A stretch of DNA of 64,000 bases from Lingula anatina (lineage: Eukaryota; Animalia; Brachiopoda). The notes beneath the pieces are model-generated. The model did not search any database and had not been told where the DNA came from. It saw only the letters and a list, made by a program, of their open reading frames with translations. Where the stretch lies: the NCBI GenBank assembly GCA_051362555.1, contig CM120644.1, positions 11,678,567 to 11,742,566 on the forward strand. Reading direction: 5' to 3'. Position 1 is the stretch's first letter. Every line of letters begins with the position of its first letter. Of the stretch, positions 49,501 through 61,478 are shown piece after piece. Position numbers and translations under genes: made by a program.

Positions 49501-52500
49501 GCAATCTAAATGTGACCTTAAAATTGACCTTTGACCTACTTTTCACCATGAACTGAACTTTGCAAATTTTGCTTCCCTTTTATCTCCAAAACTGGCAGAG
49601 ATAGGTCCATAGTTACTATTGAAGTTGAATAGGAAGTCATATACTGGCAATCTAAATGTGACCTTAAAATTGACCTTTGACCTACTTTACACCATGAACT
49701 GAATTTTGCAAATTTTGATTCCCTTTTATCTCCAAAACTGGCAGAGATAGGTCCATAGTTACTATTGAAGTTGAATAGGAAGTTATATACTGGCAATCCA
49801 AATGTGACCTTAAAATTGACCTTTGACCTTCTTTTCACCAAGAACTGAACTTTGCAAATTTTGCTTCCCTTTTATCTCCAAAACTGGCAGAGATAGGTCC
49901 ATAGTTACTATTGAAGTTGAATAGGAAGACATATACTGGCAATCTAAATGTGACCTTAAAATTGACCTTTGACCTACTTTTCACCATGAACTGAACTTTG
50001 CAAATTTTGCTTCCCTTTTATCTCCAAAACTGGCAGAGATAGGTCCATAGTCTCTATTGAACTTGAACAGGAAGTCATATACTGGCAATCTACATGTGAC
50101 CTTAAAATTGACCTTTGACCTACTTTTCACCATGAACTGAACTTTGCAAATTTTGATTCCCTTTTATCTCCAAAACTGGCAGAGATAGGTCCATAGTCTC
50201 TATTGAAGTTGAATAGGAAGTCATATACTGGCAATCTTAAAGTGGCCTTAAAATTGACCTTTGACCTACTTTTCACCATGAACTGAACTTTGCATAGTTT
50301 GCTTCCCCTTTATCTCCAAAACTGGCAGAGATAGGTCCATAGTTACTATTGAACGTGAATAGGAAGTCATATACTGGCAATCTAAGTGTGACCTTGAAAT
50401 TGACCTTTGACCTACTTATTATCATGAACTGAACTCTGCTAATTTCTTTCTCTTTTAACTCCAAACCTGGCAGAGATAGGCCCATAGTTACTATTGAAGT
50501 TGAATAGGAAGTCATATACTGGCAATTTACTGTGACCTTGGAATTGACCTTTGACCTACCTTGCGATGAACTTAACTTTGATTGTACCATTTTTAGTAAC
50601 ATATATATTTTTTGCATATTTTGAAAATTCTTGTTGATTGCATTTTTACAGCTTGTCAAGCACAAGACTGGTGGCTGTGTTCCTTATTTTGTATATGTGG
50701 GGGTCTATATGAATGCGCTTGCTCCAGCTGGTGGTACAATATTCGGAGGCGGTATCGCCTCTCTGATCCTCTAGTTATATATGTCTGTTTAATTTCAGTG
50801 CCCCAATCAGGCCCAGTTCAGCCTCAGAGATTTCAGGGTCAGTTTCCTCCCCAGGGTCAATACCCCCCACAGTACCCCCCACAGCAGCAGGGTCCTCCGA
50901 GGGGGTATCAACCCCCACCCCAACACCAGCACCCGCCCCAGCATCAGCAGCCTCCCACACAGCCTGGTTATCAGCCCCAGCGCTACCAGTCTCCTCCCCA
51001 GCAACAGTTTCCACGGCAACAAGGTCCACCATTTCAGCAGAGGGCGCCACTGCAGCAGCAGCAGCAGCAAGGACAGAGGTTTAATAGACCACAGGTGGGT
51101 TACTATGATATATCACTTGATTTGTAACAGCACTGTTAAATGTGTATCGCAAATTGTAATGAGAAAATTATGAACAGTGTGTTTGGTTTCTGGTTATTTT
51201 TTCCATCAAGAAAATGTTTTAATTTGGTTCACTTACTGGCTACTTTTTTATTGTTTCTTCTTTGGATGAGTGGAATATTAGGCCTTGAGGTCATTTTTAC
51301 TGTTAAACTTTAACCTGAAAATTGATCTGATCTTTAGGACCAAAATTTGGTGTTTTTAAATTCAAGACCAATTCCTAGAAGTCTACTCACATAAAGTAAG
51401 AATTGGTCTGAAACATCAGCAATGACCGTCTTATAATAAAAAGGGCATGATGTTTTATTTAGGTGGACTACTGAATCATCATCATTTTGGGTGAAAGTAG
51501 ACAAGTTTTGATCTAAAAGTTCGGACCAATTTTGTGACTCCAGTCCTTTTTGTGAAACAAGCCCAAAGAGTCAGAAGGCTCAAAAGTTCTTGATAAAACC
51601 AGAATTTGTCTCATTTTAGCAGCAGCCAAATATGAGGCCCCAAATGAGTGGACCCCAGCCACGTTCCCAACAACCAGCCCAGTTTGGTGGTCCCCGCCAC
51701 CCCCAGGGGGCACACCCCAGGAATCAGACCCCACAAGGCAGGGGTTATAAGGCTGTGGTAGAGAAATACAGGTGAGATATAGACAATTTAAGTATTTATA
51801 TAGCTCACAGTGATCCTGAAAAAGAGTTTGTTTTTTTTTAAGTTTATTGGTACTTAAGTTCGGCACATATGCTTCATTGATCAGTGTGTCTATGGTATTT
51901 TTCATAGGTATGTTTATTTAAAGGTTTTTAAAATTTTCATGTGAAATGCAGTGTGAAGGTTGTTAACTGCCACCCCATATGCTAATTTCAACTTATGTTC
52001 TTATATGACTTTTTCTTTTTTTACACAACATTGTTTGACAGTATATTTCTAAATATGTGACTTGAATGTTTGTAACTCTAATGCCACCTGTTTCATTGTT
52101 GGCAATTTTAGATTTAATTTATAGTCTCCCTGCCCTAGGGCAGAAGTTCACTGTTTTGACAGTTTCCTGGTTAAAAGATCTACAGCCATTGGACTGAATA
52201 AGACCCCCCCCCCCCCCACCCAAAATTTTTTTTAAAAAACTTAATGTCACTCAAATGCTCTCCTTACATCATTCTAGGCAGCAGCAACAGCAACAACAAC
52301 AACAGAGACAGCAACAGCAACAACTCAATAGTCAAAGAGGACCGAAGATACAGGGGTTGTTAACAAAGAAGAAGCGATTACAACTTCAGCAGCAGCTACA
52401 GCAACAGGGCAAGAGAAGACCAGGAGGAGGAGGGGAGGGAGGGGAAGGGACAGGTGTTAGTCCTCTGAAACAAGTCAAGGTAGAGGAAGAGGTAAGAGTA

Positions 52501-54829
52501 GTCCATTGTATTTTATACACTAAGTCTTATAGTGTTTTTTGACTGATATAAGTTCTTATTTCCAGTTACATGTTTAGATATCTGTCAGGTTGTTTGTTAA
52601 ATTGATAATTTATTGTAAATGTAGGCATACTTGTATTAGATTTATCCGATTGTTGAGACTGGGGACAAGGTTATTAAATTATTCTGTGCACTTCAGGTAG
52701 ATGTTTAGATTACTTTGGTATTAATTATGATAATTTATTCTTGTAAATGTTCTTTTTCATTTAAATCAAAATGTTGACATTATGAATAATTTCACTTTTT
52801 CTCTCTGATGAATTTCCATATTGTTGGATATTAAAGGGATAATAACTCTTCGTATGAGATCTATATTTTACAATAAAAACATTGTGAACAACTCATGGAA
52901 ATATAGTATATTCTGTTGTACCTCAAAATCTGCAGTTATAGCTATTATTCTGATGTCTGAGCTTGTCTTTAGACCACATGACCTCCATTGATGACCATAC
53001 TCTGTTATAATCTCTTAAGAGATTATAACAAAAAAGCAAACTTTTTAGGAAAAAAAAAAAATAACGGGACTAACTTTGAATGTAAAAATGATTAATTAAC
53101 CATTGGTAAGTATGGGAAAATTGTTGTTTACTCTAGGAAAATTCATTTTTTGGCCAAAACGAAGAGTTATATTCTGTTTTCAATGAAATGTAGGAGCCAA
53201 TGGATGAAGAAACTCGACAGCTTAAACAAAAACTGGCTGAACAGAAGAGATTACGTGAAGAAATCATTCGCAAAAAGGAGCTGCGGAGACAGCAGATGGC
53301 TTCACAACGAAGACAGCAGATAGACCAGAGATTATCGGAGTCTGGTCAGTGTTTCTTTATTGATAAATCCTGAAATCTGAAGGCAGTTTTAAAATTCATT
53401 TCATTTCAATTGATGGCTAAAGTTTCATTTGGTGTTTTTATGATAATAAAATGTGAAATCTGACTGCCACTTTGAAAACCCACCAGTTTCATTCAGTAGC
53501 TGAGATTTTGTCTGTAGAGTTTATGTAATGATGAGATTGAAATGCTGAGTGCCACCTGAAGGAAAAAGTTTGCTTCATTTTAAAAATACACAAGGAAATT
53601 TAATATGTAATGAATTTTATTGCAATGTTTTTTGTATTCAAGTTCAATATTTTTTTTTTTTTTTTTCGCTTTACCATTTTGTTAGACTTTCAAAAAATGA
53701 CCTGTTAAGTTTATTTTAATGTAATTTGTCCTTTGGTTGATTTCAGGGGTGTCACCTGAAGGGGAGCCACCTGCCAAACAACCACACCTGGAGAATAAAC
53801 AACAGCAGCAGCAGCAACAGCACAGACCAAATACCCCTGTCAGCAAGAAATTACAGTTTCAAGGCCAGAACACGATGAAACAATTTAATAGTAACTCGGC
53901 TGCAAAGAAACTAGTGCAGAAAGCTTCCACAAACCAACGGAACCTAAAATCTGTCCCTATTCAGCAAGGTCAAGGTCAGATGAAGGCAAAAGCAGGTCAA
54001 GGTCAAGTAAGAGTGGCTGTGAATGACCAGGGAAGTAACATTCAGATTGTGAGAACTGTGAGTCAGACTCAGCCACAGGGGCAACAAAGGGTCATGAGGC
54101 AGAACAGTTCAGGAAACAGGGTTGTGCGTCCCCCAGGTCAAGGTCAGGGTCAAGGTCAAAGGACTGTGACACCCCCTAAGCAGGTGGCAAGAAACACTGC
54201 TGGTCAGCAGAATGTTAACAGGGTGAGTAAGAATACCTGTTGGGAGTAGCTGATTTCATTGTATCTGTATCTGATGAAGTAATATTTTAAGGAGTTGATT
54301 TTTCTCATGTCCTATTTAAATAAAATATAGGAGCCAATAAATGAACTTGACAGTTTTAATAAAAAGTAGCTGAACAGAAAAGGTTGCTGGAAGAAAAAAT
54401 CATTTATAAGAAAGAGCTGTGTAGATGGCAGATCACAGCACAATCATTTGGATGCCTAAGAATAATTTCTGATATTTATTTTCAGACTGTGTTGGTCTCA
54501 GGGCAACCACTGGTCCAGCCAAATGTGGGAACTAAGAAAGTGAAGTTGTCGGCAGCCTCTGTAGCAGGGAAGAAGAGAGTGGAGGTGAAGAATCTGACCA
54601 CCACGACCACAGAACAGCAGTTGCTTGCCATGTGCTCTAGTGTAGGGAGAGTGGAGGTAGGTGGAGAGAACTTGGTGCTCTAGTGTAGGGAGAGTGGAGG
54701 TGGGTGGAGAGAACTTGGTGCTCTCAGTAATAGATCTGTCATTTGTGTGTGTGTGCTTTTTTATTTTGAAGATTTTGGATTAATTGCAAGAACAATGCAG
54801 TGAATTGTACATTGATGATTTATCCTCAA

Positions 54830-54869
<40 letters not shown>

Positions 54870-55761
54870 TGTGGCTTTGAAAAATCAGTAATATGTTTTA
54901 AAAAATAAAGAATGAAATAAAAAATGAATAGATTGATGAATAAAAGATGAAAATTAATTTGAATACTTTTGCTTGAAATGTGTGCATGAAAAAAAACAAA
55001 AACAAAAAGTTATTCTTATGATCAAAGGAAAATTGAAAATCAAAGATTTTTAATTATCCTCAATAGTGTTTATTTATAGGAATTGTGTTTGTCTGCTTTC
55101 AGTATATCAATTTGATGCCTGACCAGAAGAAGGCAATCATCAGTTTCAGCTTACCAGGGGAGGCCCTTGCTTTCTCTAGAAAGTATCAAAGGTAAGTAGT
55201 AAAACTTGCGTTGATCCAGGATTAGGATTTTTAAATTTGGCATGATATATTATATGATATGGCATGATATGATATGATCATTATTTTTGTTAAAGTGAGT
55301 ATATGCATCGTGATATATGTCATCATATTCTTTGAGTTTATGTTACTGTGATAACTTCAGGAAGGGTGTGCTAGGGCCATAAGGTGTGAAAAAGAAAGAC
55401 TTACCACATGGCCCTTGGTCACACCTGCTAAGTATACACTCTAACCTGATTTTCAAGAACACACGTTTTAACAAGATTACTGTGAATTGGTTTCTGTAAT
55501 GTCATGTTTGTTGATATATTTTGTAACTGAACTCACAGGCTCATCTATGATTAAAAATCACCTATGGCAAGCACCCCACATATGACCAATTATAAATGAT
55601 AATAAACTAGTAGCCACGTAAAAGGCGACTCACAGAAGTTTGCCAGCTCTGCCACACTAGATATACCACTGACTGCAATGCATTTAATAAGATCAGTATA
55701 TAATTTTCCTAGGCATATGCTTGACCTGTCCTGTATCCACGTGACCATACTGCCATCCTGA
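37978..55761 (+). CDS. RBM33: RNA-binding protein 33 orthologue, ~1128 aa (acidic N-terminus, P/Q/G-rich region, coiled coil, C-terminal RRM)
   Basis: 19 phase-compatible coding exons: 37978-38015, 38535-38586, 38828-38912, 39264-39324, 39679-39883, 40085-40165, 45358-45574, 45748-45957, 46283-46704, 47028-47120, 47448-47772, 50799-51094, 51620-51771, 52278-52491, 53194-53344, 53747-54222, 54486-54656, 55103-55191, 55713-55761 (3387 nt). RBM33 motifs WDS.DDLL.E.L, RFKTERK, IPDTLE, INPHFRG, DEETR...EQKRLREEI..KELRRQQ, RHMLDLS.I.V. Probable non-coding exon ending at 36967. Confidence 0.9.
38222..38384. mobile_element. hAT-type MITE in an RBM33 intron
   Basis: TIRs CAGGGCTTGACATTAA / TTAGTGTCAAGCCCTG; near-matching 8-bp AT-rich flanks. 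Confidence 0.75.
39229..39260. repeat. (TTA)n microsatellite abutting the splice acceptor at 39263
   Basis: Directly visible. Confidence 0.95.
40424..45194 (+). mobile_element. Helentron-associated element (HINE) expanded to ~4.8 kb by internal 161-bp and ~340-bp tandem repeats
   Basis: 5' T-run, 12-bp hairpin ATGTACAGACAC/GTGTCTGTACAT (40429-40456), (GTCGTCGCC)n, 161-bp units at 40519, 40681, 40842, 41003, 41164; 3' subTIR TGTCTGTACAT at 45161, small hairpin, CTTGTTT end. Confidence 0.75.
44408..44638 (+). mobile_element. Short HINE-like repeat nested in the large HINE
   Basis: CTCTGCCAAGGAGGTCATATTTTCA ... CCTTGGCAGAGGTCTGCACTCTCAAAGTGCTTTTCTAG; reverse orientation of the 28310-28520 family. 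Confidence 0.7.
48143..50776 (+). mobile_element. Second HINE with a 146-bp satellite core
   Basis: 5' subTIR TGTACCACCAGC (48147) folding with GCTGGCGGTACA (48165), GC-rich microrepeat, 3' subTIR GCTGGTGGTACA (50727), hairpin GAGGCGGTATCGCCTC, CTAGTT end. Confidence 0.8.
49140..50585. repeat. Tandem array of ~10 x 146-bp units
   Basis: The ATCTCCAAAACTGGCAGAGATAGGTCC motif (minor variants) recurs at 49144, 49290, 49436, 49582, 49728, 49874, 50020, 50166, 50312, 50458. Confidence 0.95.
54632..54724 (+). repeat. 43-bp tandem duplication spanning an RBM33 exon/intron boundary
   Basis: GTGCTCTAGTGTAGGGAGAGTGGAGGTRGGTGGAGAGAACTTG at 54632 and 54675, plus a partial third copy. Confidence 0.92.
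54832..54872. repeat. (GT)n microsatellite
   Basis: Directly visible. Confidence 0.95.
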
Positions 55762-58700
55762 TGCTGCCCATCAAACTGATTGACAGCTGCCAATCAACCC
55801 AGATTAACAACACGGCCAAAGATCACTTTTGGGAGGAAGATAATGAATTTGGAAGCTGTAAATACAGAGAAGACAAGCAGGTTGAACAGAAGAGACCAGA
55901 GGTCAGAAGAGAGAGAGGAAGAAGAAGCCTCCTTATACTAATGTTACCTTGCATTGCTAGATAGTGGTAGGTCTGTGTTATGAGACTCACTTGGTCTAAG
56001 CTGTATGCAATGTGTATAGCCACCTGCTACTCTTTGGTCAATAGGGGCTTGTTACTTGCCTGAAACTCAGTAAACAGGCAGGTTCAATGGGGTTGTGGTC
56101 CCAGTGTTGATGTATGTAAATATACTGTGTATTGGGGGTTCTTCATATTAAGGCTTCAGCTTGTAGATGTTACAGAGCAGTTGAAGGTTCACGTTCAAGG
56201 TACCTGAATGTCCAAGCAACAATATGAGATGTACATAGAAGTGTACTGATCTGAAGAGTTTAGCAAGGGAATTGAAATGTGTTTGAATAACAAGCCAGAG
56301 GTCAGCAGAGATTGAAGTGGTTTTGTTTTACAAGAAGCAGGACTGCTAACACAAATCTTTGTGTGTTTTATGGCAGGAATAAACAGTTCAGCTTTTTTAG
56401 TACTGAAAATAACAAAGAACCAGACACACTCAGTTTTGAAAGTTTTACACAAATGGTGGAACTGCTTTGTTCCTAAAGCATACAGATTGATTTTCATACT
56501 GAAAATCACGAACAGACATTTGCTTTTTTATACAAACAGTGGAACTTATTTGCTCTTAAACCATTCTAATTTATTATTAAATGTGAAAATGATTAACAGA
56601 CAATTGCCTCAAAAGATTTACGCAAACAGTAACACTGGTATGATTTTCAAGCATGCTGATTAAGTCTACATTTACTGCATATACATATACATATATATTC
56701 ACTTACAGTCAGCAGTTACAGTTAAAGCCCAGTCCAGCAAATCTATCCAACACTACATTTGTAATTATTTTTATTTTATATTAGCACCAAAGTCAGTTGA
56801 TGACTTGCAAGGCTGTGTAATCAGGTTGTGATCTGACATATCTGACATAGGCCCCTTGCCTAATTCCAGTAGAATTTTTTTTTTGCCACTATTCTTGCTT
56901 TGGGTCTGTAAGTTCTTAGACTCTGATACCTGGCCTAAAGAGCCATAGATTTTGGGAAGAATTTTTTTGGCACAGTCCGTATTATGCATTCAGTTAAAGA
57001 ACTTGACTCTCTTCGAGAGCAGCAAAGACAAATTGTGAAACATGATGTTTGAGAGCGAATTCCTGTCCAATACAAATAATATATAAATTAACAGGTGTCC
57101 AGTACCCATATGGTTGATCCACCAGTGCCAAATAAATGTTTGATTTGTTTGATATCAATTTTGATGAAGTTAAAACCTCTGAAATATATAAAATATGCCA
57201 AATTATCACCATATTTTAATGCTGTCCTCTGTTTCATGCAGCCCCTACTCTGTACTCCAATGATATTTACTTTCAAAATGATAAGTAGATTATTTAGTAA
57301 AACAATATATCGCTGATCTCTGAATATAAAATTTTATAATATTAAATAGATTAAAACACCAATAAATGCTAAACATTTTTGACCAGATGAATTCCCAAAT
57401 TTTAATAGTTTTCTAAGACAGGTTTTAAGTGAGAGAATCTATTTATTTTTAATGCAAAATTTAGATCTTACTAAAAACATGATATTTTATGTGTCATTCT
57501 TTAATATAAAAACATATTTTACATTTGGATTTAGCTTAGAAGTTGTATGTGCAAAACCATAAGCTTAAAGAACCCAGAGGAATTTGTTGAATAGATAACA
57601 TCCTCCACCCCACCCTACTCATTTCCTAATTCAAATTTTGAAATCTTCATTTTTGTCTGTGAATGGCAAATACAGCACAATGACTTTAAACTGGTTTTGA
57701 TTTAGAATGATTTACAGACAGCATTCTGCTCGGTTACACACTACATATAAAGTCACAGGTAAATGGCATGATATTTCAACAAATATCGTTTTTGACATAC
57801 TTCCCACCACACTGTTGTGCAATCATCACATGTTAAACACATTTTCATGGATAAATAATTATTAAAACAACAGTTTCAACAGATTTTCATTTGATAATTG
57901 TTTATTAGACCTCATCATTTTATCAAACCTTTTCTTATTTTAATGAAAATACAATGTACCCCAAAAAGATTTTTGACAAGAAAATAGTTAAGCATAGATT
58001 AAGTAATGTTCATTACTTTACTTATTAGAGAGATTATATCCAGTTTAGGTAGAGATTTTTTATTACAAACAACACAGTACAAGACCTACAGAATGACATC
58101 TCACACAGCAAGCTGGACTGGGACTTTCAGGACCAATAAAAGCTCAAATTGTTCTTCAGAGCTTTCATGCCATCTTACAAGCATTCTGTATTTGATGTTT
58201 TTAATTATTTCTAATTCAAAAGCAATACTCTTCAGGTCAAATTGTTGGAAAGGTTTGCTTTAATTTTTAAGTCTTTTGGTTGAAATTTTTTGTTTGATTT
58301 GTTGTGGCAAACACATTAAGCAGTGTAAAGTATAAAGGCATGTCCAGATTTCTATTTGTGGCGAATAGAATGCAATTAAAAATTGTAAGCATAAGAAAGA
58401 ATTTACTAAATATAAGTATTATATACTGATAAAAATCTGTAGGGTGATTTATAACCTTAATCGAAGTTATGGAAACTTGTGTGACACAAATTATTTGAGC
58501 TTTTATTAACCTTTTGACCTTTTGACAATTGCAAGCAGACACAGAAGGCAACCCAAATTATACACCGATTCCAAAATACAGTAACTGACAAAAAAGTTAA
58601 AAAAAAAAAAAAAGAAAAAAACATCTGGAACTTTGGATTTGCTTGGAACCATTTCAGACTATTTTTGAGATGATGAATTATTTGAGATCAGTAGATTTGA

Positions 58701-61057
58701 GAATTGTACGTATTTATCATTTTTCAATGTCAGTTATCGATGTCATTGTCACTATATCACTTTGACGATGTCTCTGAGTATATCCCAGTGTAAACCTAAT
58801 GGTGACAGCATTTCTGGAACATTTCTCAGACTTGATGATATTAAGAGGGATAATAAACTGTATATTGCTTAAGAGGACATTGTCCTGTCTATAATGTGTA
58901 ATTGTAGAGACAGATTTCAAGAGATTTATGTGTCTGGACAATTTTTCTGCTTTGGGTATTCAAAGCAACAGTTAAACATTGACAGAGTTGTCAGTGTTGG
59001 AATACAATGAATAGATCAATTCAAGAAATAGAAATAAAACTGAGAACAGATGGAGCCTTGACAATATTGATTATTGTTTTAGTTGTTGTAAAGGATTATG
59101 TTTAGATTTTATTGCTACTAGTAGTAGTTGAGCCTTGTCATAAATAAATACTCATCTGTGGGGAATACACAGGTTTGTTAAATGAACATTTGTTAACATA
59201 TTCGTGTTTAGTCATTATGTTTTTTAGTATGAAGTGGTGATTGGTCGCAAAATACAGTACAGCAGAACATATAATTATTTTGTGGAAAGGGATGGGGGGG
59301 ACTAGAAGTTCAAAATATGCCAGATAGGAAGTCTTTGACGTGTTTGTGGTTTACAGTTTACAGGTATTGCAGCGACACTTAAAGTTTCTTCAGAAGTTAA
59401 TTGATATCAAAGTGTGAATAGTCTCTTAAGGTCTTTAACCCCAATGATGTCATTTTGATTGTATAAGTGCTGCTTGGTGCAGTTCTAGAATGCCTATATG
59501 TTGTAATGCATTATGGTGGTGTAGATTTTGAAGGGTTCGAATGTACATATGCGCACATATAGGCTGATATGGTAAATCTTCGAGTCCAGTTTTCATTTAC
59601 TTTCGTGTCTCGTGAAAGTTTTTTTTTCCCCAGTTCGGTGTTAGAGTAATGTGTCTTAGACAAAGTGATTTTTTCTAGTGGAAAATTTAATAATATTGTT
59701 ATTTAAGAAATTTTGGACTCTTCACTTTGCAATTAAATCATGGCAACATATTGCAATTGTTTTTAGAAAAATACTCAAATACAGATATCGTAAATATCAT
59801 TTTCATCTGAAGAAGTAAACATATAAGATAAATATTGGTCGAATTAAGGATAGATAAAAATATCATGAAAACCAAAAATGTCTTAAATACTCAATTGTGC
59901 TTAAGCAATTATTTGCTGTTAATTTACCAGTTGTTTGCAAACAATTGTAGTACATGAACATGAATTCACTTTATTGAAAAATGAGTTTTTTAAAGATACA
60001 TTTTGCTGTACTGTGTTTTGTGTTGGTCTTGTGCTCGCAAGATGAACAGTCACCTGATTGGTTGTGTCATTATGGTGAAATGTGATTGGTTAGATGTAAA
60101 CATGATGTGATATGATTTGCCAAAAGTATAACATGTTATAATGTTATTGGTCAAATATAATTGGCCGTGTATAATTTGATTGGTCATTTGTAAGACATAA
60201 TATAATTGGTGATTTGAAGACATTGTCTAATACGGCCCTCCTCAAACATAATGTTTCACTTTGTATATCCATGTTATGTGAAATGTATATATTATTAGAC
60301 CTTTCCAAAGTGAGCAGGCACTTTATGAATGGTTGTGAAAAAAATTATGTGATACATATTATAGATTAGTTGTCATGGTGCTATTTTCTACACTGAAGGG
60401 AAACCTTGTGAGTTGCCAGGCATGATGAGCTGCTCCTTTTTTTTTTTTTTTCTTTTCTTTTTTTTTTACCAAGTTTGAAAATTGTCAAGTGTCACCATGG
60501 TTTTAATGTAAACAGATATGTTGTTAACACTGTTCTGTATAAAACAGTTCATATTGTAGTTAAGCATTACACATTTTGAAATTGTTGGAATTTATTTATG
60601 ACTGTTAATTCTCGTGTTTGAAGAATGTGCCAAGAGTTTGTTTTTTTTTTTTTTTTTTTTTGCTATATATATATTTCTTACAGATGCTGGTCCTCATATA
60701 TTGTGAGTTTTATTAATTTACCAATTCATTTTTGTGTCAGATATCTAATATTTTTATTGTGTTTAGTTTTCAGTCCAAAGGAAGTCTATGCCTCGATAAC
60801 CTTTCCATATTTCCCTGGTGCCATTGGTCGTATATTTTTGTGATATATTTCATTAATTTATTCTGTTATACATAATCCTCAGTAATTTATTATTTCAGGC
60901 ATTGCTTTTGGTTTAAAGCAGATGACACTCCTTTGTTTTGATTAGCTTCAATTTGTAAAACTTTTTTTAGCATTTTAAGATTTCAGGAGGTGCTCATGGT
61001 TGAAGTAGAGGATGCTACAATGATATCATGAATTTACAGCAAATATAAAGTAATCTA

Positions 61058-61478
61058 CAGGGGCTGGTTTCAAGAATTAATTGAATCTGAAATTTAAAAA
61101 AAAATTGACAAAAATGTGGTCTACTTTTTGACAAACCCATAGTTGTCCACTTCAATAAGATCAAGGGTTGGTTTGAAACTTCAAGCTTTTCAAACTAGCC
61201 CAAAACTTTTTGACTCTGTTCACATGAAAAATCTATTTTCTATTTGCGGTATCTTGTGATCACTCCGAGGGCAGCCCAGAATTAATTACAGCTTTGGAAG
61301 TAACTGGCTCGCGCTGCCAGTAATTACGCCACGGGGTATTCAGGGCACAGACCGTGATCACAAGATACCGCGAATAGAAAATAGATATTTAGAAAATAGA
61401 CTTGTCATGTGAATGGGGCCTTTGTCTCAAAGCTTAGACAAAGGTTTGGACCTAAGTTCCTTTATGAAGCAGTCCCTG
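61058..61478. mobile_element. Nested MITEs: outer CAGGG-ended element containing a Harbinger-like foldback (61212-61420)
   Basis: Outer ends CAGGGGCTGGTTTCAAGAA / TTATGAAGCAGTCCCTG; inner 33-bp inverted repeat ATCTATTTTCTATT(T/C)GCGGTATCTTGTGATCAC with one mismatch, ending TCATGTGAATGGGGCC. Confidence 0.75.

Noticed and set aside
49140-50585. Regular repeats resembling a CRISPR array (also 40519-41320)
   Set aside because: Units are contiguous near-identical 146- or 161-bp tandem copies with no unique spacers, lie in introns of a eukaryotic gene, and there are no cas genes.
53960-54165. AGGTCA repeats in an RBM33 exon as nuclear-receptor sites
   Set aside because: Explained by Gln-Gly codon repeats (CAA GGT).
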